NCBI RefSeq assembly: GCF_040938485.1
Contig: NW_027271669.1
Location: forward strand, 496,001-560,000
Source of the DNA: Diadema antillarum
Lineage: Eukaryota
DNA: 64,000 bases
Direction: 5' to 3'
Both the position numbers and the translations under genes were made by a program. The notes beneath the pieces were generated by a model. That model made no database searches and was not told the DNA's origin. It worked only from the letters and a program-made list of their open reading frames with translations. Position 1 is the first letter of the stretch. Each line of letters starts with the position of its first letter. Shown piece by piece: positions 1 to 11,421 of this stretch.

Positions 1-354
1 TGAGTAGTCAAGTGACATCCACGCTTTAAAACAAATGAGAATTGTTCAGAGGGCTCAAGAATATATCAGAAAACAAGCCTACTTTCAGAAAAGAAAAACC
101 CTGAAATTATCATTTATAACTAAATTGACTCACAGCACAGACCAGTAAGCACATCAATTAAATCTCAAGTCTTAGTCTTGAATGCTTGCGGTATGCCTCC
201 AGAGAATTCTGTACCCCTTCGCTACCCATTTCAATCCCCTCAAGCACCTGCTACACCGCAACACCTAACCACAGTGATCTGAGAGAAGACCTATGGGGGA
301 GAAGCTGCTTCATCAAAACTTACCGATTTGCCACATTTTCTTCAAAGAAAATAC

Positions 355-854
355 TGTAATATAACCGGATTTCTCCAGTTATTGTGTGGGTTCTTTTTTG
401 GGTAAGTTCGCGGACACCTCACGCAGACTCACAAGGATCACATCTTATCGCATCATCACGTAGAGAAAGCATCAATAATTCATCGAGATGACAATCGAAG
501 TGCGTGCGAAGAAGAACTTTATTACCGTACTCGCCAATCCGGCTACCCGTCAGGACCGGTCGCCTGACACGATGCACCACTGTATCGCCGCACGAATGGC
601 CGATACACACAGCGTTACAAGACTTTAGTGTACAATACACTACAAAACCACGGGGGGACTCCGCGGACACGTCCGCCCCCGACGAGCGTCAGCTCACCAC
701 TCCTCGCTCCTTCTACCCGAGCGAGTGTATAACCACGTGCGACCCGTGACCCCCATCGAAACTCATACGGTCATGGGGTCACCGCACGCCCCCTACGTCC
801 TAACCAGACGTACCAGAGACACCAACTTCAGTGCTCTAACCTCATTTCATTACA
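355..854 (-). repeat. 3' LTR (500 bp)
   Basis: Matches 2750-3249 at offset 2395. TG...CA termini. Minus-strand AATAAA near 518-523. Confidence 0.93.
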
Positions 855-868
855 CAGCCCCTCCCTAA
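855..868 (-). other. Polypurine tract of the LTR element
   Basis: Minus strand reads TTAGGGAGGGGCTG immediately before the TGT of the 3' LTR. Confidence 0.75.
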
Positions 869-1789
869 GACTAGTCAGTCCCTTGACTAGGGCAACTCGG
901 GCTTTACATAAACAATGAAATGACCAAAACCGGATACTACAATCCCGTATCCTACACAAACAGAAACATAAACAATAACGCGAGAACAACATTTTTACAT
1001 AAACTTCACAGATTAGCGTAAGCACATTTACCTATTCTTACACGCTAAAACAACCGAGTGTATGACATACATACGCGAAACACTGGTTCGCAACTTTGCA
1101 TTTACATATATTTACATAACTTAATAAACACAAAAAAAGATGTGAAAACCGCATCATTACTGAACAAGCGAGGTATTTATCACTAGGCCTATGCATCATT
1201 GTCTCCCGCCTAGCTTAAACAACGAACTCCTTAAGTATAGCTTGTCCGATAGTTTACATTGTATTTACACGTATTTACACACACACACACAAAATAAACA
1301 AAGCTCTCTTAATAGCAGTCCACATTTTAAAGACAAATAAAACATTGTAATAGCGTCATAAGTCGTTGCGCCTTCCGCTAGGGGTTCCCGTCCTGCACTC
1401 CAACCATAGCGTCTCCAGAGAATTCCTTGCGCCGTCCCACTTGTTGTAGCAGATACCCTTATCGTAAGTCATCTCGCAGACCACATGACAGATATGACAA
1501 TACGTCACTGCTGGTTCAACCTGTCGAAGTAGCACATGGCGTTGCAGGTATGGTGCACCTATTGCAGGGATCCCGCAGTTTCCTACATTATATACATTAA
1601 GTTGCGGCTGTACACAGTCACTACAATCACCTGGCGCTCTACCCAGCATCCCTGATACGAGTCATCGTATCGCTGAGGAGAGTTTCGCTTCCTTGGTTGA
1701 TTGCGTCGGAGATCAGTATGGAAAACGTCGGAGAAATGGATTCATCTTTGCCGGTATGCGAATCGATAGGGTCAGACTCTGGTCGAACG

Positions 1790-2022
1790 TCTGCAGCTTC
1801 GTTGAGGAACTTCCGAGGTGCATGGTGCCAGGAGGACATGACGATCCGGCTCCTGCAAAGGAGCATCAATACCTCCACCAGCCTCGATCCACGACTGCAA
1901 CAACGGCTCGCCAAAGCACTGTTTCATTCGATCCACGTGCATAACGCTTTTCTTTCCGATGTTTTCTCTTGTTTTCGGCAGGTCACGTCCGACAACCTTC
2001 ATACAACCAGGAACGGACCATG
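1790..2022 (-). pseudogene. Degenerate Gypsy integrase C-terminal (GPF/Y) fragment
   Basis: Minus-strand frames read HGPFLVV*RLSDVTCR, then after a frameshift KKSVMHVDRMKQCFGEPLLQSWI...RRSTR. This resembles the GPF/Y...VH(V)DRLK motif and basic tail at the end of Gypsy Pol. One in-frame stop and one frameshift. Confidence 0.7.
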
Positions 2023-2730
2023 TCATTTTCATTGCCATGATGCGTAGCTATGCAGAATTCCATTAAAATGCACCAGCGAACAGAATTTCAGTCTGATCGT
2101 GAACTCATGCTTGTGCAGGCATAGCAGGCATTCGATTTGAAGGCACTACTAATGGCACTGTAGGCATAGCAGGCATTCAATGTGATGGCACTACTGGCAC
2201 TGCAGGCGCTCTTTCTTCTCCACAAGTGGGGTCCTATTGTTTTTTCTTCCGGCGCAGACTTCTGCCTCTCAAACAACAACTTCGACATCGTGACGTCGGA
2301 ATTGACAGATGAACGTGCAGGCATAGCGGGCATTCAACCATAAGGCACCGCTGGCACTGCAGGCGCTATAGGGTCCTCTTGACAGGCGCTGTTCTCTCTC
2401 TATCTTCTTCAGGCGTAGAGTCTAACACAGTTTAATAAGCAGGCGCCTTTCACCTGCAAGCGCCCTTCACCTGCAGGCGCCTTTCAACTGCAGGCAGGCG
2501 CCCTTCCTTGCAGGCGCCCTTCCCTGCAGGCGCCCTTCACTGCAGGACGAAATATACGCAAGATGTATTTACTGATCCAGCCTCACCCTGCAGGCAATGA
2601 AAAGTATAGTAGGCATTCGTAACGAGGGCACTACTATAGCACTGCAGGATAAATCCTCTCTCCTCTAATTTATTAATGCAAAACAATTTTACATTAACAT
2701 GATTTAGCAGTCACCTGGTCCACGAAACCC

Positions 2731-2748
2731 ATCCCACCGCTGCCACCA
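2731..2748 (-). other. Primer-binding site complementary to tRNA-Leu (AAG/UAG type)
   Basis: Minus strand TGGTGGCAGCGGTGGGAT lies 1 nt from the 5' LTR. It is the 18-nt complement of ...ATCCCACCGCTGCCA-CCA, the 3' end of eukaryotic tRNA-Leu(AAG/UAG) as recalled. Confidence 0.85.
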
Positions 2749-2749
2749 A

Positions 2750-3249
2750 TGTAATATAACCGGATTTCTCCAGTTATTGTGTGGGTTCTTTTTTGGGTAA
2801 GTTCGCGGACACCTCACGCAGACTCACAAGGATCACATCTTATCGCATCATCACGTAGAGAAAGCATCAATAATTCATCGAGATGACAATCGAAGTGCGT
2901 GCGAAGAAGAACTTTATTACCGTACTCGCCAATCCGGCTACCCGTCAGGACCGGTCGCCTGACACGATGCACCACTGTATCGCCGCACGAATGGCCGATA
3001 CACACAGCGTTACAAGACTTTAGTGTACAATACACTACAAAACCACGGGGGGACTCCGCGGACACGTCCGCCCCCGACGAGCGTCAGCTCACCACTCCTC
3101 GCTCCTTCTACCCGAGCGAGTGTATAACCACGTGCGACCCGTGACCCCCATCGAAACTCATACGGTCATGGGGTCACCGCACGCCCCCTACGTCCTAACC
3201 AGACGTACCAGAGACACCAACTTCAGTGCTCTAACCTCATTTCATTACA
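2750..3249 (-). repeat. 5' LTR (500 bp)
   Basis: Matches 355-854. Followed by the ATAC target duplication. Confidence 0.93.
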
Positions 3250-3704
3250 ATACTATATGCTCACAAATTCTGTGAAATTTTCACAAAAATATTAATAAAG
3301 TCATCCCTGATTTAAATGAGATATTTTCATCTTGTCTTGTTATATCTTATATTTAGAAACAAAAGCATAATAAACAATCCATCTCCTTATACCTCATTGT
3401 GACATTTTAAATGACTTCTCCATAACAAAACAAGACTGTTCGTAGGCACCAGCCCTTACACAGTGTTTTGAGGACAGGTTTTCAGAAGAAAGCACTTAAC
3501 AGCACACCACATGAAACAGAGATCAAAGCTTAATGTGCAAATAATTTTTCTAGAGTACCGAGTCTTTTTTTTTGTGCAACAACAGTTTTATCATGAGACA
3601 AAAACATATTCTACTCTCAACTCTTTTGCTTGCTCCGTCTCTCTTTATCAAAATCAATCTCTCTCTTTTTTATTTTTCTTAACATAATATATAAACATTT
3701 TTTT

Positions 3705-3953
3705 CCCTCTGGTGGCCTGTTTGGGCCTTTAAAATCTTTGAATCTGAAATTTTGGTGGCCCTCCCCCCCCCCCCCCCCAAAAAAAAAAAAAAAATTGTAG
3801 TGGCCAGAAGTAAATGGACATAAGATATAAAACTTTATTTTGAATTTAGCTGCCTTATAGCACCACCAAAAGATAAAGCTTTGTGGAAATTTGGTGGCCC
3901 AACATCAGTTTCTAGTGGGGCTGAGCCACTGGGCCACCGCTTTTGTCAAGCCT
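3705..3953. mobile_element. Possible one-ended DNA-transposon remnant with GGTGGCC subterminal repeats
   Basis: Repeated (G)GTGGCC motifs ending in GGGCCACCGCTTTTGTCAAGCCT. The partner terminus was not found. Confidence 0.3.
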
Positions 3954-6900
3954 TTACCCATTCCATATGGGAACCTGGTGGCCTGCATATTAAGTCTATG
4001 GGCATTTCAGAATTCAATATGGAGCGGGTTAATATCAAGAGGGGTGTAATTCCTTTGCACCTGACCAACCCCAGTCATGACTAAACATAACCTGTCAGTT
4101 CCTGTTCTGGAATACATTTCTCACTCTCTTGATCGGGCATAAAGCCGGTGCCACATTTCCCTCGATGTCCATACCAATTTCACAAATTGCCCATATAATA
4201 TGCGGTTGTATGTCAATTTAGAACACCGCAGGACATGCCTTGATGGACAAAAGAAGAGGGAAAAAAAATGAGAGCTAATTTGACTGATGTGTCTGTCATT
4301 CATACAATGCCCATGAGCATGACATGTGATTTAGAGAGACTCCTCTTTTTTTCCAAGCTAAAAAGTTCATTCTAAATTTCATGCAAAGCCACTGCATGTC
4401 ATTCTGCTGTTCTTTAAAATCTTTTCCCCCCTTTCTACTCCCTTTTTTTTTTGGGGGGGGGGGGGAGGGGGTAACTGAAGTTGATAAAGCTGACTTTCAC
4501 AAAAGTATGTTTACACATCACACTTGAATGCTCATATATCAAGATTAAAATCTTTAAATTCAAATTGAAGTTGCCATAATCTTCTGTGAGCATTATGTGT
4601 GCAATAATTTGCTTTAAAGATCAGTGCTGGCAAAGACAATGCGTCTTCTTCCTTGTTCATAGATTCATTGGCTTTTTTAATGCTCATTACAAGGATATCA
4701 GATATTCATCTAAATCTAAAAATTGCACTGGATCTTAACAAATTTTACATACTGAGCACACATCTCACTGCAAAATGATAAATTCAGTTTGTGTTTAAAA
4801 AGCAATGATTGCCTACAACAAAGAGAACAACTTAAAACAGGAGAGAACATAAGTCTAGCCCATATCACAATGCTTGAGAGACCATGTAGTATGTTTTTAA
4901 AATACTGAATAACAATGATTATGTGACATTTTGCTGTCCTTAGATGAAACTGCATGCACTAAAAAAAAAATCTTATAACTTCCTCTATCCCCCATATTCT
5001 GCAGACATGATTGACAATAACTTGACAGTGATTAGGCCTTTAATGCAGCTCAATTACTGGAAGGGTAATGAGATTAGACAACTTGTTCCTCCCTTCTCTC
5101 TCTGTATAAGAGAGAGAGAGAGAGAGAGATTCAACTTTTTGAGAGTATAAATGCATCGGCAGATGTAATGTTTGGGCAAAGATGTCTGGAAAAGGGTGAT
5201 GACCGCAGAGTAAAACGCAAGAATGTTTATTCAGTGGCTGCAAAGTGTTCCTTGCCGCAGCAACAATCGCAGCTCTCTGAACAAAATTCGCCGTTTAGGT
5301 AGCTATCGGGGACAGTTTAAAATCTTTGATCGATACATCCCCCGCTTCGCTTCCACCTTGTTCTTGCCCATCAAAACCTCAGAGGGAGGAGTGTAACCCC
5401 CCCCCTCCCCCATTATCTTAATTTACAAATTAACTTCTTCTCCTTCCCTGCTCTTCCCCTATTTCCTACTGAACCTTGTATACATGCAAATAGTTGTCTA
5501 AGTACATTAAAGTTCCTGAATATCAATTTATTTTACATCTGTAGGAAAATACTTTGGGAGTGGCATCCTATGAAAGGATAAATTTTCATACAAACAAGAT
5601 TCTGACTGTCGATGAACTCAACACAGAATCCTTCACACAAAAGTTGGAATTCCATACAATTGTAAGTGGGAATTCCATAACTGACTATGATCTACAGCAA
5701 ATCATTGTATATTTACTCAGATATTCATTCAGTGGAGATTCTGGTTTGTTAAGTGTTTTTTTTCTCTCTTTCTCTCACTGCAATGACACACCGTATGTCA
5801 AATTATGGTTTAAACGCAAAAAAAAACACAAATTTGAATGACATTTTAATGAAAGGTTAAAAATGAGGCATGAAACATTTGATTACAATTGGGTGGTAAA
5901 CCAGACCATCATCTACAATGTAGATCCCAGATATTACTTGCAGATTTGTGGGATCTCATGTGACTTGTGAAAGAATGCCCTTGTTATTTTGTCACAAAGA
6001 AACCCTTTTTTAAACTTTGATGTTGACATTTGCAATATTCCAGATCTGGCAATCCTGAATGGCCAAATCCATAGGTTTGTGAAAATTTGTTATAAGGGTA
6101 ATTATGATGATAATATAGTGGGTACATACAGTATCAATACCAAGTTTTGATGATGACTAATGATATTGTGGATCTGGTCATGAATCACCAATGTAAACAC
6201 AAGACAGGGGGGTAATTGAAATTCAGATCATAGGTATCTTTCATTTCCATTTAAAAAGCCTTATTTTGCGTAGTACATGAAAGTTGCTAGAGTTGTAATG
6301 TATCCTCAAAACAAACAAAAATACAGGCAGCAAGCATAGGTACAGCTTTTCCCTACATCCCCAAATCTGTGATTTAATCAAGTCCTCTCTATCCGCCCAA
6401 GGCAAAATGGTGTATTCAGTTGAGACCTCGCCTGCCCTTGAACTCGACTGGAATACAAGCTGTCGAACGCTACAATGAACTGTAGTCAGAGCTGAGTCTT
6501 TTCCCCTGACATACACTATCTTACCATCTCATGCTACTCATGTTAATAATACCCACAGCCACCGGCAGCAGAGCACCCCCTGAAGGGTACACTCTTGGGT
6601 ATCTTCCACAGTATTCATGACTTGGTCACAACAGGGCATGATTAGTGTACAAACATATTACATTCATTCGAGCTTTGCTTTGGAGTGTAACTGAACTGGA
6701 AGAGGGAATGTGGCATTGAAACTAATATTGCCACAACCTCCATGCACTGCTCATTCACTGGCTCTGCTTGCCTTGCAGTGCTGACATGTTTCTCTATTAC
6801 ATTGTTCCACAAACTCACTCTCTTGGAGGAGTCTGCACCCTGTTTTGTTTTGTTGGTGTTTGGGTTTTTTTTTTTGGGGGGGGGGGCAGTGCCAACTTCT

Positions 6901-7249
6901 GTTTACATGATCAAAATGAAAGAATTTCTACATCTTGGGACATAATTATGATTGAAAAATCACACACTTACACAATACTGTGCAAACTTTTAGTCATTTA
7001 GCAAATTCCTCTAAATTCAGCTGTCTTTAGCATCTCAACATCATTGACAAATTGGCACCTGAATCGAATGCCCTGGTATGTGTGGGAATGATGTGTTCAC
7101 AGTGTATGTGTTGGCTACAGGTGAGAAAATATTTCTATGCCTGGTTCTTATCAGCTGTGAAGCATTGAGGATGAGCAGATGTTCCTATAACACACACTTC
7201 CCATAAATACCTGCCTACATATGCCCAGAACTAGTCTTCAACAGGTTAA

Positions 7250-7334
7250 CCCATGGTAGACTAGTCCCAAGTATACTCGGGTAGGTGTCTATGGGAAATC
7301 TGTGTTATAGCGAAATCAGTCCGTCCTCAACAGG
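7250..7334. mobile_element. piggyBac-like mini-element (TTAA-flanked), copy 1
   Basis: TTAA|CCC...AGG|TTAA. Related copies at 10730-10822 and 11348-11421, and a degraded copy immediately upstream (about 7195-7249). Confidence 0.6.
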
Positions 7335-7338
7335 TTAA

Positions 7339-7685
7339 AGTGTATCTTTGGCCAAAAAATTATTTTGGATATGTGAAAGAGACACATTTCAGTAATCCAT
7401 TGCACCATCTTTCAGAGAAAATGGGTCATTAGTTAGTGAAATAATGCATCTCAAAGTTTCCAAACACACTGTGTCTGGGAGATTCAGGAACCACTGTGGT
7501 TCCGTAACCCACTGCAAACAATAGGGTTTGCTGTAGTCTTGCCTCCCAGACCCATTGTGTTTAGAAACTTTCAGATGCATTATTTCACTAATTAATGACC
7601 CATTTTCTCTGAAAGTTGGTGCAATGGACTACTGAAATGTGTCTCTTTCACATATCAAAAATAATTCTTTGGGCAAAGATACACT
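7339..7685. mobile_element. Fold-back MITE with about 140-bp TIRs and TTAA target duplication (Kolobok-like)
   Basis: TTAA|AGTGTATCTTTG...CAAAGATACACT|TTAA. The arms are nearly complementary across most of the 347 bp. RR...YY termini with TTAA are typical of Kolobok. Confidence 0.8.
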
Positions 7686-8386
7686 TTAAGGATTCTGCAA
7701 TATCACCTGAATCACAAACACCTTCAAACATTTTCACTTTGCTATAATTATCCATCTGAGCTCACTGAGCAGTTTCTGAGTAATGAGTCTACATCTCTGT
7801 ATTTTCCCACAATGCAATGCTCATCCAGCAAGTATCAGGGAAGAGGAGGGGAGGGGAATTAGTCTCACCTGCAGACTCGGTCTTGCCTCTGGATGTTTCT
7901 TCACCAGTCTGGTTAGTCTGTCCTGAAGGAGAGAAGCTGTCAGGGAGTGGTGGTCAAAAAACAACATTGTTTTAAAGTGATTCCAGCGCTTGGAATGACA
8001 CATCATTGCTTATATTATACAATTACATACATGATGTACATGTAGCACGTACATGGAACACATAATGAAAATGAATGCCCCTATGCGCTCATATGATGAC
8101 CATATTGCCATCAGTTGGCTAAGTTTATGAGGAGACAAGCACTCTAAAGGATGCAGGCCAAGAAAGAGAAATAACATCCTCATTTCCTAATTTTTGGCTA
8201 AGTCTGGCTGCCTGTGGATGCTTAAATTGATACCATACCAACAAAGATAGGCACAGACTACGGGGATTAGGCTCGCACAGTGTGCTGCACTGCCCTCTAT
8301 AGTTCAACAATCAGTCAGGTTATCTACATGGTGCACACAAGGCTGTTTTGATGCAAGTGTGGCATTTATCTAGAGGTAAAATGAAT

Positions 8387-8815
8387 TATAAAATGGGTTC
8401 AAGAATGTAGCCAATTGTAAGCGCTGAAATGAGTCACGTGTGCGTGCATTAATTTCTTAGTAAATGCACGGCCGGGGCCTGACGTACGTCACAATGTTTA
8501 CACTAGCAGTGCGCACTCAATCAGTTGTTACAAGTGCGTTACGCGCTGCTATACGCGCTGTCAATCCTGTAAACAACTTCTAGTTCGGGCTGCCACAACA
8601 GCCAGCGGCCTTTCTCGTGCATAACACGTGGCGTACGTATACTCTTATACGTACGTACAGTACTTATGTGCGGGATTTCCGAGTGCGACGTGCGTAAATG
8701 TTTGGGACGAACATCTTCGGACATCTTGACTTTTGAGCGAGTGCTACATGTAGCTGACTGGTATTGACCCACAAAGGTACGTGAATAATGCTGTTAGTTT
8801 TCGACCCATTTTATA
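8387..8815. mobile_element. MITE with short TATAAAATGGGT TIRs
   Basis: TATAAAATGGGTTCAAGAA at 8387 versus TTTTCGACCCATTTTATA ending at 8815. CpG-rich interior against an AT-rich background. Confidence 0.5.
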
Positions 8816-8817
8816 AA

Positions 8818-8940
8818 ACAAATGATGCACAGGATTATTTCGTGGCGTTAGTGAAGGTGCGGCGCGCTCGAGAGTATTGACAATGGTGCGACATGCACGA
8901 GGCGCATTCACTAACACACTCTATCCTGTGCATCATTTGT
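8818..8940. mobile_element. Small hairpin MITE (123 bp)
   Basis: Perfect 18-bp arms ACAAATGATGCACAGGAT / ATCCTGTGCATCATTTGT, plus an inner GTTAGTGAA / TTCACTAAC pair. Confidence 0.6.
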
Positions 8941-9189
8941 ATATCAAAGCATTATGATTTGAAGATTGCAATGAAATTCACAATTCTGTAATTTGGTCAA
9001 TAAGGCATGAAGTTGCTCATAATTCAGTGTGTTGGGTGAAGACATTGGTATTTGTGCATTCTTGTCCTGATTCCAAGCACATTAATACAACATTCAATTC
9101 TCTTGCTGTCATGATCAAACTTTTTTTTTTTCTACAGCTCTCTTATAAAAACATATATTTTACAGTCCTTTACATGACTTGTCAAAATA

Positions 9190-9694
9190 CTGTATACGCT
9201 ATATATTTCACGGGGGTTTTATTTTCGCGAATTTTGCGAGTCGGGAGCTATTCGCGAAATTAACAACACGCGAAAATATTACCTTCCAAAATGATGATAC
9301 GAACATTTCAGTACCAGTATACCATGTCACGGCTTACCGAACAGACCATACAGGCTAAGCTTGTTTACGCTCATCCACGTCTACTTACGAATACTGTAGA
9401 GAGCCAATCCATTATCGCAAGGGGACCACTCGTCAGAAATCTAGCGCGATGGACTTAACCACTTCAAAAATGTTGAATTCTCACTTACTAGTTTGCAGAG
9501 TTTGGTAAGTTTTTTTTTTTTCATGCAGTGTATAACTAGTATCATTCTTATTTGCTAGTAAGTTGAAAATTCACACTTTCTTTGCCACTTCATATTTTCT
9601 CTGGTCCCCCAATCGCGAATTTAACCACTCGTGAAAATGTGTGACAGCAGCAATTCGCGAAAATTTATGTACGCGAAAATTATAGCGTATACAG
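9190..9694. mobile_element. TA-flanked MITE, Tc2/pogo-like termini
   Basis: TA|CTGTATACGCTATA...TATAGCGTATACAG|TA with many TTCGCGAA subterminal repeats. Confidence 0.8.
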
Positions 9695-10729
9695 TAAGGT
9701 ACAGCTTGTAGCATAGAAAAGATTTGCAGTATATTTACAGTATGTTATGACCAAGTACTACTAATACCGACAAGGAAAAAAAAAGTCTATATTTTAATGA
9801 GACCTTTAAGATTTGTACTCTACAGACTATACAAGACCAGTACATGCTTTTAGAAGTCATAATGTTCTGATAAGTCTGACGATTCTTCAAAAATTTCTCA
9901 ACATATAATAATTTCCTCACAAAATAAACATGCAACTGATATGTAACATTAAATTTACTTCTTCCCTTGTATTGTAATTGACACTTTTCTGGAGGTAGAG
10001 CAAATACACATTTGTATGAGAGGTACAATGTACTTAGAAAAACTAGTTTTCTTCTTCTTCTTCTTCTTCTTCAACTTGTTTGTACAGGTGTGTCAATCAA
10101 AATGGACATGAGATACTGCATTTTGAATACATCTTGATCTGTTGTTGTAACTGGACACCATGCATTTAAGCAGTGATACTGAAAAACAGTGGGATAATGA
10201 GCATAGCACAGAGTTGTGTGTTGGCCAAAGTAGAAGAAGATTAGACAATATGTAAGAAAGTGAGTGCACGTGGGCGTGTGTGTGTATAGCGGGTGTTTGT
10301 GTGTATGTGTTGGCATAAATTGCTGCATTGGTAGGCATTGCTGGGGGCGATTGACCCAGATAGACACACACAATTGACATGACTGATCTTCTTATATGGG
10401 ACCAATGAGGAGCCAATTCAACAGGTTGCAAGGAGAACATTACATGGGGTATAATAATGCCTGCTCACTGCTTCTCATCTCTAGGACACACTTCACTATC
10501 ACCACTCTACACTGGCCTCAGACCTCACCCCGGGAGTTTGTTCTATTCATTGCTGATGCAGTCCAGGCGAGTTAATGATGCAGCGGGGGAGGGTTTGTTC
10601 CCCTTTCTCCAGGAGCATCCTCTTCAGCCTACTTTAATTGAAGTCACTGATTCACCTGGAAATGGAGCACAGCCCGCTCCTGACCAGTAGCCACTCCTCA
10701 AATTTTCCCTTCACATAGTCCTTGCTTAA

Positions 10730-10822
10730 CCCACTGCAAGGACGAGCTGACTTTGACATAATAACTATCAGCATTTCCCACAGACACCTGCCCAAGATTT
10801 CTCGAGACCAGTCATCAACGGG
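10730..10822. mobile_element. piggyBac-like mini-element, copy 2
   Basis: TTAA|CCC...CGGG|TTAA. Shares the CCCA(T/C)AGACAC(C/T)TGCCC core with the other copies. Confidence 0.55.
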
Positions 10823-11347
10823 TTAACATCCAAGCCAGGAGAATTGTCAAGCCAAGTAATCGCTTTGCTGATATCATGTAATCTCACTCTGAGGAATTTC
10901 AGCGATCAGTAATAGGTGTGTGTCAGGTTGATGATAACTTTAATGTATACATGTGCATCCAAAGCTTCCAGACAGTATAAACCTCATCTCCAACTTGTAC
11001 AGTAATCAGTAGCAATGACACTGTCCAGACTTGACAGGTGTCTGTGAATAGGAAATGATAGTCGTAAGAACAAAAGTACCAGCTTACCAGTACCATGTGT
11101 AATACTTTGAACTGGGACCAAACAAGCACATACATTATCATCATATTCTGTCAGTAAAATGAATATGTGTAGACATATATATAGGAAATATGAATGACAA
11201 CTGGGAAAAGGCAACAGAATCAAATCTTATTTTGACGATGCATTAAATGCACATCTTGCTCATGATGTGTAACAGCATGCATGGCTTATAAAACCAGACA
11301 TTAACATACAGCACTTATAAATATCAGTACATCAACATGAATTTTAA

Positions 11348-11421
11348 CCTGTTGAGGACGGGCTAATTTTACTATCCCATAGACACTTGCCCGAGTATAC
11401 TCGGGACTCATCCTCAATGGG
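11348..11421. mobile_element. piggyBac-like mini-element, copy 3 (74 bp)
   Basis: TTAA|CCTGTTGAGGA...TCCTCAATGGG|TTAA with an internal palindrome CCCGAGTATACTCGGG. Confidence 0.65.

Larger units (their letters stand above)
355..3249 (-). mobile_element. Non-autonomous Ty3/Gypsy-type LTR retrotransposon (2895 bp), recent insertion
   Basis: Two 500-bp direct repeats (355-854, 2750-3249) with TGTAAT...ATTACA ends and no difference visible by eye. 4-bp target duplication ATAC (351-354, 3250-3253). PBS next to the right LTR and polypurine tract next to the left LTR give minus orientation. The 1895-bp interior has no intact gag/pol. Confidence 0.93.

Noticed and set aside
2731-2748. tRNA-Leu gene fragment
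   Set aside because: Only the 3' 18 nt including CCA are matched, next to an LTR. This is a primer-binding site, not a tRNA gene.
419-3144. Duplicated ORFs 419-670/2814-3065 and 504-749/2899-3144 as duplicated genes
   Set aside because: They lie wholly within the two LTRs, have no recognisable motifs, and are duplicated only because the LTRs are.
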